DNA of 62,850 bases, filler included, from Octopus bimaculoides (GCF_001194135.2; 6 parts of 5 records of this genome joined end to end with filler, not necessarily neighbours in it), one strand, 5' to 3'; shown: positions 27,254 through 39,329, numbered from the whole stretch's first letter. Program-made: numbers and translations. Notes: a model not told the origin generated them from the sequence alone.

Positions 27254-28591
27254 TAATAATGATAATAATGATAATTACCTGATTTACAGATTTTCTTTTT
27301 TGTTGGTCTAAGAGCAGCTATTGGGTTTTGAGGTTGTAAATATGGAGACAGCCAATATTTGGTGTTCTCTATATTTGCCATGTATATACGCAAACTACCG
27401 TCTTCACACAACAAAATCATTGTTGTTCGTTGCTGAAAGTAAACAAATGACCAAAACATTAATCCACAAGCGTTGTTATTAAATAACATAACATCTAATA
27501 GAAATTATTTTCTTCACTCCAAAAATATTATTAAATCTATGCCAAAACACGAAACATAAGAACAAAAAGGAATCACCATCTTACCAGATCTGAATTGGAG
27601 GCAGGATGTCTAATGGCCACTATGTCTTGTATCTAGAAATAAAAAGAAAGTTTATGAGACGACTACAAAATTTAATAAAATAAGATGAGAGAGAGAGAGG
27701 AAGGAAGACAGGATAATTCAACTAAGCTGTTTAAGAACTTTTATTCTTTATTATTATATTTTATGATGTAAAACAAACTAAAGGGAAAAAGCCAACAGTT
27801 TGAATTTTCAAATATATTTAAAATCAATGACAGTTAAATGAGTCACAATGTCTGTAGTCAAAACTTTTCAGCTGCTTTGATAAATAATTATTCACTAATG
27901 AATCCATATTAGGACTTCAATGCACAGCCAAGAAATGTTTACACAGTGGAACATGTTAGTTATTTAATTGACAACATTAAATATTTGATGATATAAAGTG
28001 CAGCTATTTAACAAACCAGACAAACCTTAGCTTTTGCTGGGAGTACTTTAATTTCTTGAAGAAGTATGCAAGTTGGCTTGATCATGAGGATGACTGGATT
28101 GTTTGCACTTTGGGTCATACAGTAAACCAAACCAGGGTGGCCAGGGACTTCTGACCACTGGACTAGGGACTGATTGTTGTTACTGCCTTTACTACTACCA
28201 TTAGAACCACTGTTGCTGCAAAATTAAAAAAAAAAAAAAATTGAACACATATATATCAGCAAAATCTACTCAACTGGTAAAAATGAATATTTCACTGACA
28301 GACTGGCATCCTGCCCAGGGAGAAATATATATATATATATATAAATAATAATAATATTAGGGACAAAATCCAAAATTACAGGTAAAAACTCAATTAAAAT
28401 CAATTTATAAAAAATTAAAATTAAATTGAGCTTTATAGATAAATTATATATAAAATATATAGTTTTAGGGAAAATAACCAAGTTTTAAGAACTCATCGAT
28501 GAAAATCCACTATCACATATAGAAAAATGAACAATTAAAAGCACAATAAATGAGTATAATATAAAGCAAAGTAAATATCAGTTCTTGAAAC

Positions 28592-28633
<42 letters not shown>

Positions 28634-31600
28634 TATATGGCAGAGAAACTGGGAAATCGGCCCGATGCTCCTTACAGAATAATGTAGAGTAGCCATTTCA
28701 GGAGAATTGAAGTTCTGTCAAACCTTTCCCTAACCTACAACTCACCTTCAAACAGCCAACTCTTCTATCAGTCTTCCGTGCTACCCTATTTCACTCCTTC
28801 GCTTCTCTTCTGCTGAACTGATATCCTCTGCATCCAACTCATTCCCTATCTCGAATCATCAATCACACCATTCACACTCAGTGCACTTACCTACACATTC
28901 ACCTTTTCTGCTCCTCTATCCTATTGTCTGTCATTCACCTTGTACATGGACCTTACATTTCTCTCTCTCTAGATGAGCAGGCCATGTATTCACCTCTTCA
29001 ACAAGATCCCTGCTCTTGGTGCCTTTATCACAGTTTCTAATCCCTTCATTCTATGATCCACTCACTTGAGGGGGTCCAATCTTTCAGGTACTTGGTGACC
29101 TCACAGTGCAGGTGCCTTGGAAAAAGCACCTGACACACTTAAGTGTTTGACATAAGGAAGGGCATCCAGTTGTAGAAACCATGTCAAAGCAGAGGTAGAA
29201 CCTAACACAGCCCTCTGGCTTGTTCTTGTCAAACAATCCAACTCATGCCAGCATCAAAAAGGGAATGTTAAACGATGATCTCACACAACATAAGAATCAA
29301 GAAAATTAAAAGGAAAAGGATTTATAATGAGGCCAGCAATTTTGAAGCGGAGTGGGTGGTTGATACCATCAACTCCAGAACTAATTCAATATCTTATTGA
29401 ACTCAGAGTGGAAAGAGTTGAAAGAATCACTGCAAGCCAAATAGTCTGACACTAACAATTCTGTCAAACCCCACCCCACTTTCTCAAATACATCTGCATT
29501 TTCACAAGGTTTATTTGTAATCAACAACTTGTTCAGAATCCTCGGTAGCAAAATAGTAAGCCTTTAGAATATCAATTAACCCTTTTGATACCAACCCGGC
29601 TGAAACCAGCTCTGGCTCTGTAGTACAAATATCTTGTTTGTAAAAGTTCTGAATTAAAATCTTCCACCAAATCTTAGTCACAATTTATGATCCTAACACT
29701 AGCTGAATGATAACTAAGTTATTTTACTAAATCCTTTGTTATATTTAAAATTAATTGAAAGAAATACAGAGCATCTCAACAGAAATATGGTAGCAAAAGG
29801 GTTAAGCTGCTCGTTATAATTTTCAACATACAATAAAATAATAATAGTGAAATGGTAACATTTAAAAATGTAAATCAAGTTTGATCCAAACCTTTTTAGT
29901 ACAATTGGAAACAGATTGATAACTTGAGAGAGGTCTTTGGCAACAGAGGCAATAAAGCTTTTTCCTGAAAAATCAAAATAAAACAAAAATTTAAAAAATA
30001 TTCAGAAGGAAAAAAAAAAAACTTTTGAGAAATAGTTACAACTAATAAATCATCATTACATTATTTAGCGTCTGCTTTCCATGCTGGCATGGGTTGGACA
30101 GTTTGACAGAAACTGGTAAGCTGTAGGGCTACACCAGGTTCTGATCTGATTTGGCATGGTTTCTATGGTTGGATGCTCTTCCTAATGCCAACCACTTAAA
30201 GAGTGTAATGGGTGCTTTTTACACGCCATTAGCATGAGTACCAGTTACATGACACCAGCGTTGGCCACAACTATGATTTCACTTGGCTTGACAGGTCTTC
30301 TGAAGCGTAGCATATTGCCAAACATGTTGGTCGCTTATCATGGCCTCAAAATTTGGTACATTACATATCAGTGTAAAAACAACACAAATTAATAGTTTAT
30401 TCCTAATTCGTTCATTACTGGTCCAGAATAGCAAGGTCCACTCAATTGTGAGCTGCGTTACACTTATCGGGGATTGACCTGTGGTAGTGATAACACAAGT
30501 TGATGATCAGTTGAAGATTCTGCTTGTACTAGAAAAACATGCTCCAGGGACCACCCGCAATGCACTGGGTATCACCTGTGTTTACATCACAATGCTGTGA
30601 GTCTGCATATTTTTTATACAGATTTACATACCTGTACCCCGTCAACATGGTACTAGTGAACAGAAAAAAGCAAAAGCACCTCAACCTAACAATGCAAATG
30701 AGTGTATTCTCCACAGAAAATGGTAGAGGATGATGAAGAACATATGCAATGGTAGCAGCTTCATTGCTGTGGGTTGTGAGTTTGGTGTCAATGAATCTAC
30801 CGTTGTTCCATTTATAAAGTGCATGGAGATAATTCATTTATTGCTATGTTGTTGTTTTTTAATCAAACCCCATGATAAACAAAGACAGATGTACTAATAA
30901 TAATTGTAGATTAAAAACGATGGACGTACCATGAGAATAACTGAAGAATAATAACTGCAAGGAATGGGAATAATAAACAGAAACTCCACCACCAGCTATT
31001 TGACCATTTGTATCCTTTGGAAGAAAATGAAAAGTGTTAACATATCAAAACTTAATAGTATTCAGTTATAAACAACATTTTGCATTTATTCACAGAGATT
31101 TAATAGATAAATCCTAATTTCCTTCAATCACATTTACATTAATTTTATCATCCATATTCCATGCTAGCATGGATTGGATGCTTTGACAGAATCCAACAGG
31201 TCAAAGGACTGCATCAAGTTACAAGGTCTGTTTTGTCAGGATGCCTCAGCTAGATGGCTTTACAGAGTGTAGTGAGTTCTTTTTCATGTCATTGGTGAGT
31301 AAGGTTGCCAAACAAAGCCTAAAATTTTGGTATTCCTAAAAGGAGTTCTTGATTGACATCCCTAATATTCACAAAACCACTACTTTGCTTTTGGTTATTC
31401 TCTGTAAATAATGAAGATTTATTTTCATAAATATCTCTAAATCAATATAGTAACTGCAAGAAGTTGGCAGAAGTTGGCCAACTCTCCATCATTTGGACAA
31501 GATACTAGACCTGGCAAATTATGTATTTTATGTAAATCCAAAAAGGTTCCTACTTCGTCTGCAACAGATTCTCAAGCAATTGACAAGTCACCATGTGAGC

Positions 31601-32892
31601 CTGTGACTAGTAAGGCTGCCAAACAAAACGTAAAAAAATTTAAAACTCCTCTGAAGAGCAGAAACACCTTCCATGCCATTAACACATTTGCAGTACCAAT
31701 CATTAATAACACATGGCTCTGCAATATCAAACTGGACCATACAGGCCTTGATTTGACTCACTACAATGTTAAATATCTAATAAAGCACTACACACTAATC
31801 AGGTCTGATATCCAACGGCTGTACATCCAAGAGAAAAGAAGGTAGTAAGGGGAACAGCTGAATATCAGGGAACAATTTAAAAAAGATGCTATCAATGTGA
31901 CCTCTATCTTCCCAACTTTGCAACAGGGCCTGCTGTGTTATCATCATTTAATGCCCCATTTTCCATGCTAGCATGGGTTGGGTGGTTTGATAAGAACCAA
32001 CGAGCCAGAGGGCTGTGTCCAACTCCAATGTCTACTTTGACAGGATTTCTACAGCTAGATGCCCTTCCTAATGACACCCACTTTAGAGTGTACTCTGTGC
32101 TTTTATATGCCCTCATTAATTGGGATTATGCATAAGAAAGCAATTAATTACCACTGCAACAATAAAATTCTTCAAAAATATTATATTAGATTTCCATAAA
32201 TCTAGAATCTAAACTCGAAGCTGCAGCAAAAATGGACAGACTAATGACATATAAGACACTCAGGGTAAACAACCATAAGGGCAGGCCTTCACAAGGTCAT
32301 TACTTCCATAATGTGACTGCCATAAGTTTGCCCTGGATGAACAAATCTAACCTAAATGTGCAGCAGAAGAAACAACATCCACCATATTCAAGGCCATAAC
32401 TACTACTGCATCTATTGATAGGAATATCTACATTGCTACAACACTAGTGACAGATGTAACTTGTGTGGTGTACAATACATATCACAAAGGATTCTTTCAG
32501 TTTTCACCTACCAAATCCAGTCACAAAGCTTAGGTACCGGGCAGTGGGATTGAACCCAAGACCACATGATGAAGAAGCAAGCTTCTTAACCACACAGCTG
32601 TACCTATAAGTAATAACAATGTATGTTCTGACAATATTGATTGTCGTTAATTTTCTAACATTCCTACCTTTATGTCACTGTGTTTCACTTCAAGTATATT
32701 GGTAATGTAAAAGGGTCCATGACGAGCATTGCTTGCATCTTCCATAATCTGAGTGTAGATGTGGCCTGACGATGACATCAGTACCATAGTGCAGCCATCT
32801 TCACCAAACACAAATGTAGAATCACGAATTTTGCCACTTGGTAGCAAGAAGTAATACTGAGGGCTAATTGCATCCAAAGACAAATCATATAT
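17329..32892 (-). CDS. UBR4: E3 ubiquitin ligase UBR4 (p600/Pushover), central portion; 14 exons, 1774 nt, gene incomplete at both ends
   Basis: Exons joined by hand across AG/GT sites give one open frame with matching intron phases. The peptides ([101 protein letters not shown]) match vertebrate UBR4 as recalled, in the same order. Confidence 0.96.
17609..17743 (-). CDS. UBR4: UBR4 exon ([34 protein letters not shown]...YHNHK), 135 nt, phase 0-0
   Basis: atttacag acceptor, GTGAGT donor. Confidence 0.95.
18062..18161 (-). CDS. UBR4: UBR4 exon ([34 protein letters not shown]), 100 nt, phase 2-0
   Basis: gtttcag acceptor, GTAATG donor. Confidence 0.9.
18685..18900 (-). mobile_element. RTE tail/SINE in a UBR4 intron
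   Basis: Same hallmark; further copies at ~21170-21320(-), 23460-23580(+), 29090-29280(+), 30055-30300(-), 31140-31300(-), 31935-32110(-), 33050-33230(-). Confidence 0.85.
18973..19186 (-). CDS. UBR4: UBR4 exon ([19 protein letters not shown]...[11 protein letters not shown]...LTSTD), 214 nt, phase 1-2
   Basis: gttctag acceptor, GTATGC donor. Confidence 0.95.
19360..19530 (-). mobile_element. tRNA-SINE with CORE-like segment
   Basis: ttgaccccag...gatgaaaggcaaa...ctaacaattctgccagc pattern. Confidence 0.65.
20286..20370 (-). CDS. UBR4: UBR4 exon ([28 protein letters not shown]), 85 nt, phase 0-1
   Basis: cttaaag acceptor, GTAAGA donor. Confidence 0.94.
20826..21150 (-). mobile_element. Full-length microsatellite-containing tRNA-SINE (major family)
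   Basis: Head, GGAAACTGAAAGAAGCC, (TG)n, CORE-like part and CAGCATGGCC tail. Other pieces at ~16284-16378, 21860-22130, 32480-32610, 33750-33880, 39890-40212, 43355-43520, 44730-44950, 46680-46935, 49490-49640, 52670-52950, 57590-57780. Confidence 0.85.
22678..22809 (-). CDS. UBR4: UBR4 exon ([10 protein letters not shown]...[15 protein letters not shown]), 132 nt, phase 0-0
   Basis: long T tract + AAG acceptor, GTAAGG donor. Confidence 0.95.
23753..23842 (-). CDS. UBR4: UBR4 exon ([30 protein letters not shown]), 90 nt, phase 0-0
   Basis: tttttcag acceptor, GTAAAA donor. Confidence 0.95.
24000..24330 (+). mobile_element. tRNA-SINE with the gccttgtcaca...gtggagtgctcagccacttgca 3' module
   Basis: B box gagttcgattcc; 3' module shared with 45241-45609 and 48430-48712. 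Confidence 0.75.
25137..25500. mobile_element. HHR-SINE (+, 25245-25500) preceded by an inverted deleted copy (-, 25137-25242)
   Basis: Same family by eye; about 95-bp inverted repeat around the tRNA head. Confidence 0.85.
25671..25741 (-). CDS. UBR4: UBR4 exon ([24 protein letters not shown]), 71 nt, phase 1-0
   Basis: ttttag acceptor, GTTTGT donor. Confidence 0.94.
27279..27432 (-). CDS. UBR4: UBR4 exon ([28 protein letters not shown]...ICKS), 154 nt, phase 0-1
   Basis: ctttcag acceptor, GTAATT donor. Confidence 0.95.
27585..27632 (-). CDS. UBR4: UBR4 exon ([16 protein letters not shown]), 48 nt, phase 0-0
   Basis: atttctag acceptor, GTAAGA donor. Confidence 0.93.
28026..28215 (-). CDS. 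UBR4: UBR4 exon (NSGSNG...[12 protein letters not shown]...[11 protein letters not shown]), 190 nt, phase 2-0
   Basis: ttttgcag acceptor, GTTTGT donor; read manually. Confidence 0.95.
29892..29964 (-). CDS. UBR4: UBR4 exon ([24 protein letters not shown]), 73 nt, phase 1-2
   Basis: ttttcag acceptor, GTTTGG donor, phases fit both neighbours. Confidence 0.92.
30380..30760 (-). mobile_element. Possible piggyBac-like transposase remnant
   Basis: [15 protein letters not shown] loosely resembles YN..MGGVD..DQ; weak. Confidence 0.25.
30930..31014 (-). CDS. UBR4: UBR4 exon ([28 protein letters not shown]), 85 nt, phase 0-1
   Basis: ttccaaag acceptor, GTACGT donor; not in the ORF track, read manually. 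Confidence 0.95.
31600..31900 (+). mobile_element. R4/Dong-like non-LTR retrotransposon fragment
   Basis: [18 protein letters not shown]...[11 protein letters not shown] matches the R4/Dong post-RT motif as recalled. Confidence 0.75.
32668..32892 (-). CDS. UBR4: UBR4 exon ([12 protein letters not shown]...EVKHSDIK), 225 nt, phase 0-0
   Basis: ttttccag acceptor, GTAGGA donor, 75 codons. Confidence 0.95.
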
Positions 32893-34793
32893 CTGGAAAA
32901 AATTATAAAAAATTAATAAATAAATCAAGTTCATTAGAAGATATTAATTTACAAAGTTGCAATTATTGTGGAACAAACTTTTTCCAAAGATTGTGAAGCT
33001 TACAAATTTAGAATTTTACATTCATTTCCAAAGCATACGAGCTAATGACTGGATCATCGTCATTTAACATCTATTTTCCATGCTGGCATGGATCAGACAG
33101 TTCGACAGGATATGGTCAGTTGCAAAGCTGTATCAGGCACCAGTGTTAGCTCTGGCATAGTTTCTACTTCACAATGTGTACTGGGTGCTTTTTTTTTTTT
33201 TTTTTTTTGTGCCACCAGGACTAGTGAGGCTGCCAACTCAGATGTATTACTTATTTATTCACATTGTCTTGAATTAATCATGCATTATCGTTTGGCCTCA
33301 AGATTTGGATGAGGTGATTATTTATTTTTAGATTGACATTGTAGGGTGAGTGTGAGAGGTCAGATCTGGCCAGTTTGAACATAAAACAGGAAACAATGTT
33401 AAGGTCTGATATGGCTGGTTTAAATACTAAAGGGTTAAAGCAGCACTACATTTTGGATTGGTTAGTGTTTTACTTGAATTGTCATAGTTTTAACATTCAC
33501 TTCTCCATGTTTGCATGGGTCAGACTGAGTTTATTGAGACAGATTATCTGTAGCCAGATACTGTTCCAGTTGCCAACCCTCACCGGTTTCTGAGTAAGGT
33601 AATATTTATCCACAGCCAGACAGGTTTTCACAGAATATTAGTAATGAATGACACTGTATGACTGTAACACTTGTTTACAATTTTCATGTGATATCAAGAC
33701 AAGGAGATGCTGACATACCCAAACTCACAAATATAAGATGTTTTTTTTTTTTCAGTTGACCAAACCCACTCACAAAGCTTTGATCAGCCTGGGGCTATAG
33801 TAGAAGACACAACCAAGGTGCCAAGTAGTGAAACTGAACCTGAAACTATGTGGTTTGGAAGCAAACTTCTTAACTACACAGATATACCCATTATATATAT
33901 ATATATATATATATATNNNNNNNNNNNNNNNNNNNNNNNNNNNNNNNNNNNNNNNNNNNNNNNNNNNNNNNNNNNNNNNNNNNNNNNNNNNNNNNNNNNN
34001 NNNNNNNNNNNNNNNNNNNNNNNNNNNNNNNNNNNNNNNNNNNNNNNNNNNNNNNNNNNNNNNNNNNNNNNNNNNNNNNNNNNNNNNNNNNNNNNNNNNN
34101 NNNNNNNNNNNNNNNNNNNNNNNNNNNNNNNNNNNNNNNNNNNNNNNNNNNNNNNNNNNNNNNNNNNNNNNNNNNNNNNNNNNNNNNNNNNNNNNNNNNN
34201 NNNNNNNNNNNNNNNNNNNNNNNNNNNNNNNNNNNNNNNNNNNNNNNNNNNNNNNNNNNNNNNNNNNNNNNNNNNNNNNNNNNNNNNNNNNNNNNNNNNN
34301 NNNNNNNNNNNNNNNNNNNNNNNNNNNNNNNNNNNNNNNNNNNNNNNNNNNNNNNNNNNNNNNNNNNNNNNNNNNNNNNNNNNNNNNNNNNNNNNNNNNN
34401 NNNNNNNNNNNNNNNNNNNNNNNNNNNNNNNNNNNNNNNNNNNNNNNNNNNNNNNNNNNNNNNNNNNNNNNNNNNNNNNNNNNNNNNNNNNNNNNNNNNN
34501 NNNNNNNNNNNNNNNNNNNNNNNNNNNNNNNNNNNNNNNNNNNNNNNNNNNNNNNNNNNNNNNNNNNNNNNNNNNNNNNNNNNNNNNNNNNNNNNNNNNN
34601 NNNNNNNNNNNNNNNNNNNNNNNNNNNNNNNNNNNNNNNNNNNNNNNNNNNNNNNNNNNNNNNNNNNNNNAAAGTCCTTAATGTTTCGATTCTATGCTCT
34701 TCGGCAGAAAGGAAAAAAAAATTGAGAGAGAATGAAAAAAGAAATGTGTAGGGATTAACGATTCAACATGATATATGTGTGTGTGTGTGTGTA

Positions 34794-36172
34794 TTGGGTT
34801 GGCAATAAAGTACTTTTGGTATTTTAGTGCTAAATAAAAGACTTTTTTTCTCATACAAAGAATGAACTTTAATCAATTATATATTTTCCATTTTGTCCGA
34901 TGACCTTTTGCCATTTTTCTGGCAACTTTCGGATTCTGCGCTCATTTCTAGTCTTCATCAGCCAAAAACTGAAGCAAGTGCAATTTCAAGTCATCATCAT
35001 TATTGAAAATTTTACCATTCAAAAGGTTTTGCAAACTTTGAAATAAATGGTAATGTGATGATGTAAGGTCAGGGCTATATGGTTGATTTGACATCGCTTC
35101 CCAACCAAGCTCCAATAGTTTTTCACGAGTTAGTAAAGTCATATGTGATCTAGTGTTGTCATGGTGGAACACGATTCCTTTACGATTTGCTAATTCTGGT
35201 CGCTTATATTTGATTGCTTCCTCCAGTTTCATTAGTTGTGATCTGAATTGATTGTTTGGTTCCTTGGAAGCAGCTCAAAATACACAACACTTTTGTAATC
35301 CTACCAAATTGACAACATGACAGTTTTTTGATGCAATTCAGCTTTAGATGTGGTTTGTCCTGGTTCATTACACTTGGATGATGATCGTCTTCGATTGATG
35401 TTATTGTAGACAATCCATTTTTCATCACCAGTGTTACGTTTGAGATGAATATCGCAAATATCGATTCGCAGTCATAAGTGAATCCCTTTCAATTTATGTG
35501 GAACCCAAATATCAAGCTTCTTAACAAGTCCAAGACATTTTAAGTGGTTTTCAATTAATGTGTGCAATACATTTAACCTCTCTGCAATCTCTCGCACAGT
35601 TATACGACAATCAGATTCAATTATGGCTTTGATTTGGTCATCATCGACTCCAGTAGGTCGACCACAACATTGGTCATCTTTGAGTAAAAAAAATCTCCAG
35701 AACAGAAACATGTGCATTCTGTTAAGCAATCAACAACATAAACTTCAAATATCTTTTACTACACTCTCTGAGTGGTTGGCGTTAGGAAGGGCATCCAGCT
35801 GTAGAAACTCTGCCAAATCAGACTGGAGCCTGGTGTTGCCATCCGGTTTCACCAGTCCTCAGTCAAATCGTCCAACCCATGCTAGCATGGAAAGCGGACG
35901 TTAAACGATGATGATGATGATGATGATGATGAGCCTCAGCAGCTTTCTTGCCTTTACGGAAATAAGAAAGCAAAATGTGGCGAAAATGTTTTTTGCACTC
36001 CATGTTAAAACTGACACTGAACTAACAGCTGTAAACAAAATTACGTGCAATTTGCTTCTAAAGTAAGCTAAAAGTAATGGCTATCAAATGGAAAAAATCA
36101 TAACATTGACAAAAGTCATTAAAAAAAAGAATTGTAACTATTTGCATAAAATGAAATTAATTTCTTGCCAAC
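34794..36172 (-). mobile_element. Mariner transposon (DD34D-type), interrupted by a young RTE tail at ~35757-35931
   Basis: TA-TTGGGTTGGCAA / TTGCCAAC termini; GRPTGVDDDQIK, KLDIWVPHKL, FHHDNTRSH, PYSPDLTSSHYHLF. Confidence 0.93.
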
Positions 36173-36272
36173 NNNNNNNNNNNNNNNNNNNNNNNNNNNN
36201 NNNNNNNNNNNNNNNNTTAATTAATTAANNNNNNNNNNNNNNNNNNNNNNNNNNNNNNNNNNNNNNNNNNNN
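36173..36272. other. Artificial scaffold spacer
   Basis: 44N-TTAATTAATTAA-44N. Confidence 0.97.
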
Positions 36273-37076
36273 TATATATATGAATATATGTATGTATATA
36301 CATATATGTACATATATGTGTATTGTGTATATATGCACAAATATATGCATGCATACATACATACATACATACATACATACATACATACATACAAGTATAA
36401 ATGCATGTATATAAATAGAATCGCATGTTATAATGTCACAAAACACCGCAGGTCCCAGGAAGATAATGGGTTGATGGCGGTGATGACGACGACGACCCAG
36501 GGTGGTACCTTTAAAAAAATCATGCTAGTGAAAGCCAGTGACGTCAGAGGTCTCACTGACGTAAGTCGTCGTTTTATATAATACTCTATAACAATGCTTT
36601 GACACAGAAAACGTGGTGAAGGGCAGCAGAAAGAAAGACGGAGTGGGAGGCCGTTAAAGAGTGGTGAAAGGATGAGGCAAAGTGACATTGACGTTAAAAA
36701 CTGGCTCACTCTCTATTATATATGTTTCTATACACACTTTTAAAACTAATGCAGAAAAGTAGAAAAAAATCAAAAATAGACATCACGATTGTTATGCATA
36801 TTATTGTGTGGTTTCTACACACGTACGTAAACAGAAGCATACATATATATATATTTATAGACTTTATAGACACGTGCATGTGCGCACGTAGACTTACGTG
36901 TACGCACATATACGTGTGTATGTATGTTTGTATTTATGTATGTATGTATGAATGAAACAGAAGTTTAAAATTAGAATTTGTGAGTTGTGTAGAAAGTTCG
37001 GGGTATATCCCCAGAATGCCATCAAGCCAATGTGTGTGCGTGTGTGTTCATGTGTGTGTGTGTTTGTATGTGTGTG

Positions 37077-37119
<43 letters not shown>

Positions 37120-37580
37120 ATCGTTGGCCAAAAGTCACCCGCCAGAAAATCAAAACTCCATACATAGTATCTGCAATTCTGTATTGACTCGAATGGAAAA
37201 ACGTGTCGCTCAAGAACGACTTCAGTTTGAACATTTTCATGATGTTTCATATTTAAATGCTTTTATTAAATTCATTCAGTTGTTAAACGTAAATAAATCT
37301 TGGGATAAAATGGTTTTGATTTTTGGCTATCCCTGTATATATGTATATAATGTTAATGAAATGTAAAACCCAAGTATCTAGATGTAGGAGGTTACTATCC
37401 TCCGAGCAGTCCGTAGTAGGTTTAAAAAAATAAAAAGAACTTTCAGGAACAATAATAGTTTATTGATGTAGAAGTTTGTAAGTCTTTCCCATATCGAAGT
37501 TCAATAAGCTATAAAAGTTATTTTATAGCTCAAGGTTAACATCTAGGTTTGCTATGAATTCGAATAGGAAATGGAACAGG

Positions 37581-37805
37581 TAAAATCCAGGCTACATATG
37601 TTTCTTAGCTAGCAGAACCTCGGAAGTAATAATTACTCAACGTGGGGTACTCCACTGGCTACTCATCAGGTCGAAGATACCTTAGTTAAATGATGGTTAC
37701 ATTGTCGTCAAGGGATCCCAAGTTAACTGGCAAGAATACTCCTCGGTAAGTAATTATTAATTCCGAGGTTCTGCTAGCTAGGAACCATATTTAACTTAGA
37801 TTTTA
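37581..37805. mobile_element. Foldback/MITE-like inverted repeat
   Basis: tagctagcagaacctcggaagtaataattact versus agtaattattaattccgaggttctgctagcta, extendable to ~55-bp arms. Confidence 0.7.
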
Positions 37806-38144
37806 ACTGCTTCGTTCCGTCAATTTGGACTTTTATATATAACCGGATTTTTATATCTCTAGTGGTTCACCACTAGAGATGTGCACAAATAGCCCGAAAC
37901 CGTTCGGTCTGGCGATCCCGTTGTCTGCTGGAAGATGGTATGGGTTCACTCTCCTGCTGGCAATATATACCGGGTGCAGATTGCACCGATAACTAGCTGG
38001 CGGAGGCTCTACCCAGGTTCAGGTTAAACGGTAATAACATCAGACATCTGTATTGAAGTGGCGATAAACATTACTTCTCACTATAATTACTACTTTCATC
38101 TCTTTCTGAGATTTTCTAACTAGCTACTTTGTATGTATGTGTCC

Positions 38145-38175
<31 letters not shown>

Positions 38176-38588
38176 GACGGAAACTGAAAGAAGTCCGTCG
38201 TATATATATATATATGANNNNNNNNNNNNNNNNNNNNNNNNNNNNNNNNNNNNNNNNNNNNNNNNNNNNNNNNNNNNNNNNNNNNNNNNNNNNNNNNNNN
38301 NNNNNNNNNNNNNNNNNNNNNNNNNNNNNNNNNNNNNNNNNNNNNNNNNNNNNNNNNNNNNNNNNNNNNNNNNNNNNNNNNNNNNNNNNNNNNNNNNNNN
38401 NNNNNNNNNNNNNNNNNNNNNNNNNNNNNNNNNNNNNNNNNNNNNNNNNNNNNNNNNNNNNNNNNNNNNNNNNNNNNNNNNNNNNNNNNNNNNNNNNNNN
38501 NNNNNNNNNNNNNNNNNNNNNNNNNNNNNNNNNNNNNNNNNNNATATATATATATATATATACACATCTATATACATATATATACATT

Positions 38589-38860
38589 ATGAGAGAGCAG
38601 TTTTGGTCTGAGTCAAGTAACCAAGAACAGTGGAAGCTACGTGAACAACAAATAAGGCAGCTGGGTCTGGGTCACGCAGTGCAACAAGCTCAGCAGGATC
38701 AGTGGCTGAATTGGGATGATGTCGAAGAGCTGGAGTTGAAATGGTCTGATTGGTGGCCGTTGAGTGCAGGGCATTTGAAAGCTCTGATCCAGACTGCGTA
38801 CGATTTGCATCTGTCTCCAGCAAATCTCAAAAAAATGGGCTCAACCGTTACGGTTGTTCA
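38589..38860 (+). mobile_element. HERO/NeSL-like (RLE clade) retrotransposon fragment
   Basis: QQDQWLNWDDVEELELKWSDWW...LIQTAYDLHLSPANLKKMG resembles the HERO C-terminal motif as recalled. Confidence 0.7.
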
Positions 38861-39329
38861 GAGCCCTGCGACAGAGGTCTGCTATGTCCATATAGTTATT
38901 AATAACTTGAAATAGTAAAGTGTTCCCAGACGATAAGTTCTGGTTGAGCACCTATATGAATTTGGGAGTATCTTTCGCAGGGCTCCAAGCATCCGTAATG
39001 GTGAAACGCACGTCGGATCTTTGATATAAACTTTTGTTGATCGTTATTTTTCCTATGTTTATATAGTCACGTTTTCCGTTTTATTTATCCTGTTTGTATT
39101 ATCAGACCCTTATAGGTATGCGTGCATGTATATGTATATGCATATACATATACATACATACATATATATATGTAAATACACACACATGTATATATATATA
39201 TATATATGTATGTATATGTATGTATGTATATATATGTATGTATGTATGTATACACACTCGTATACATAAACATTTTTACATACATATGCACTCAGCCACA
39301 GTAATTATCTGCTTATCATTAATGCCCTT

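Noticed and set aside
33818-34751. Long ORFs of 200-480 aa here and at 22038-22845, 38120-38915, 39961-41478, 46806-47767 and 51712-52801
   Set aside because: They are long only because they run through N gaps.
37870-37912. Hammerhead-like CCA-CTAGAGA...GAAACCG-TT-CGGTC-TGG
   Set aside because: The core is CTAGAGA rather than CTGANGA and no stem II closes onto GAAA.
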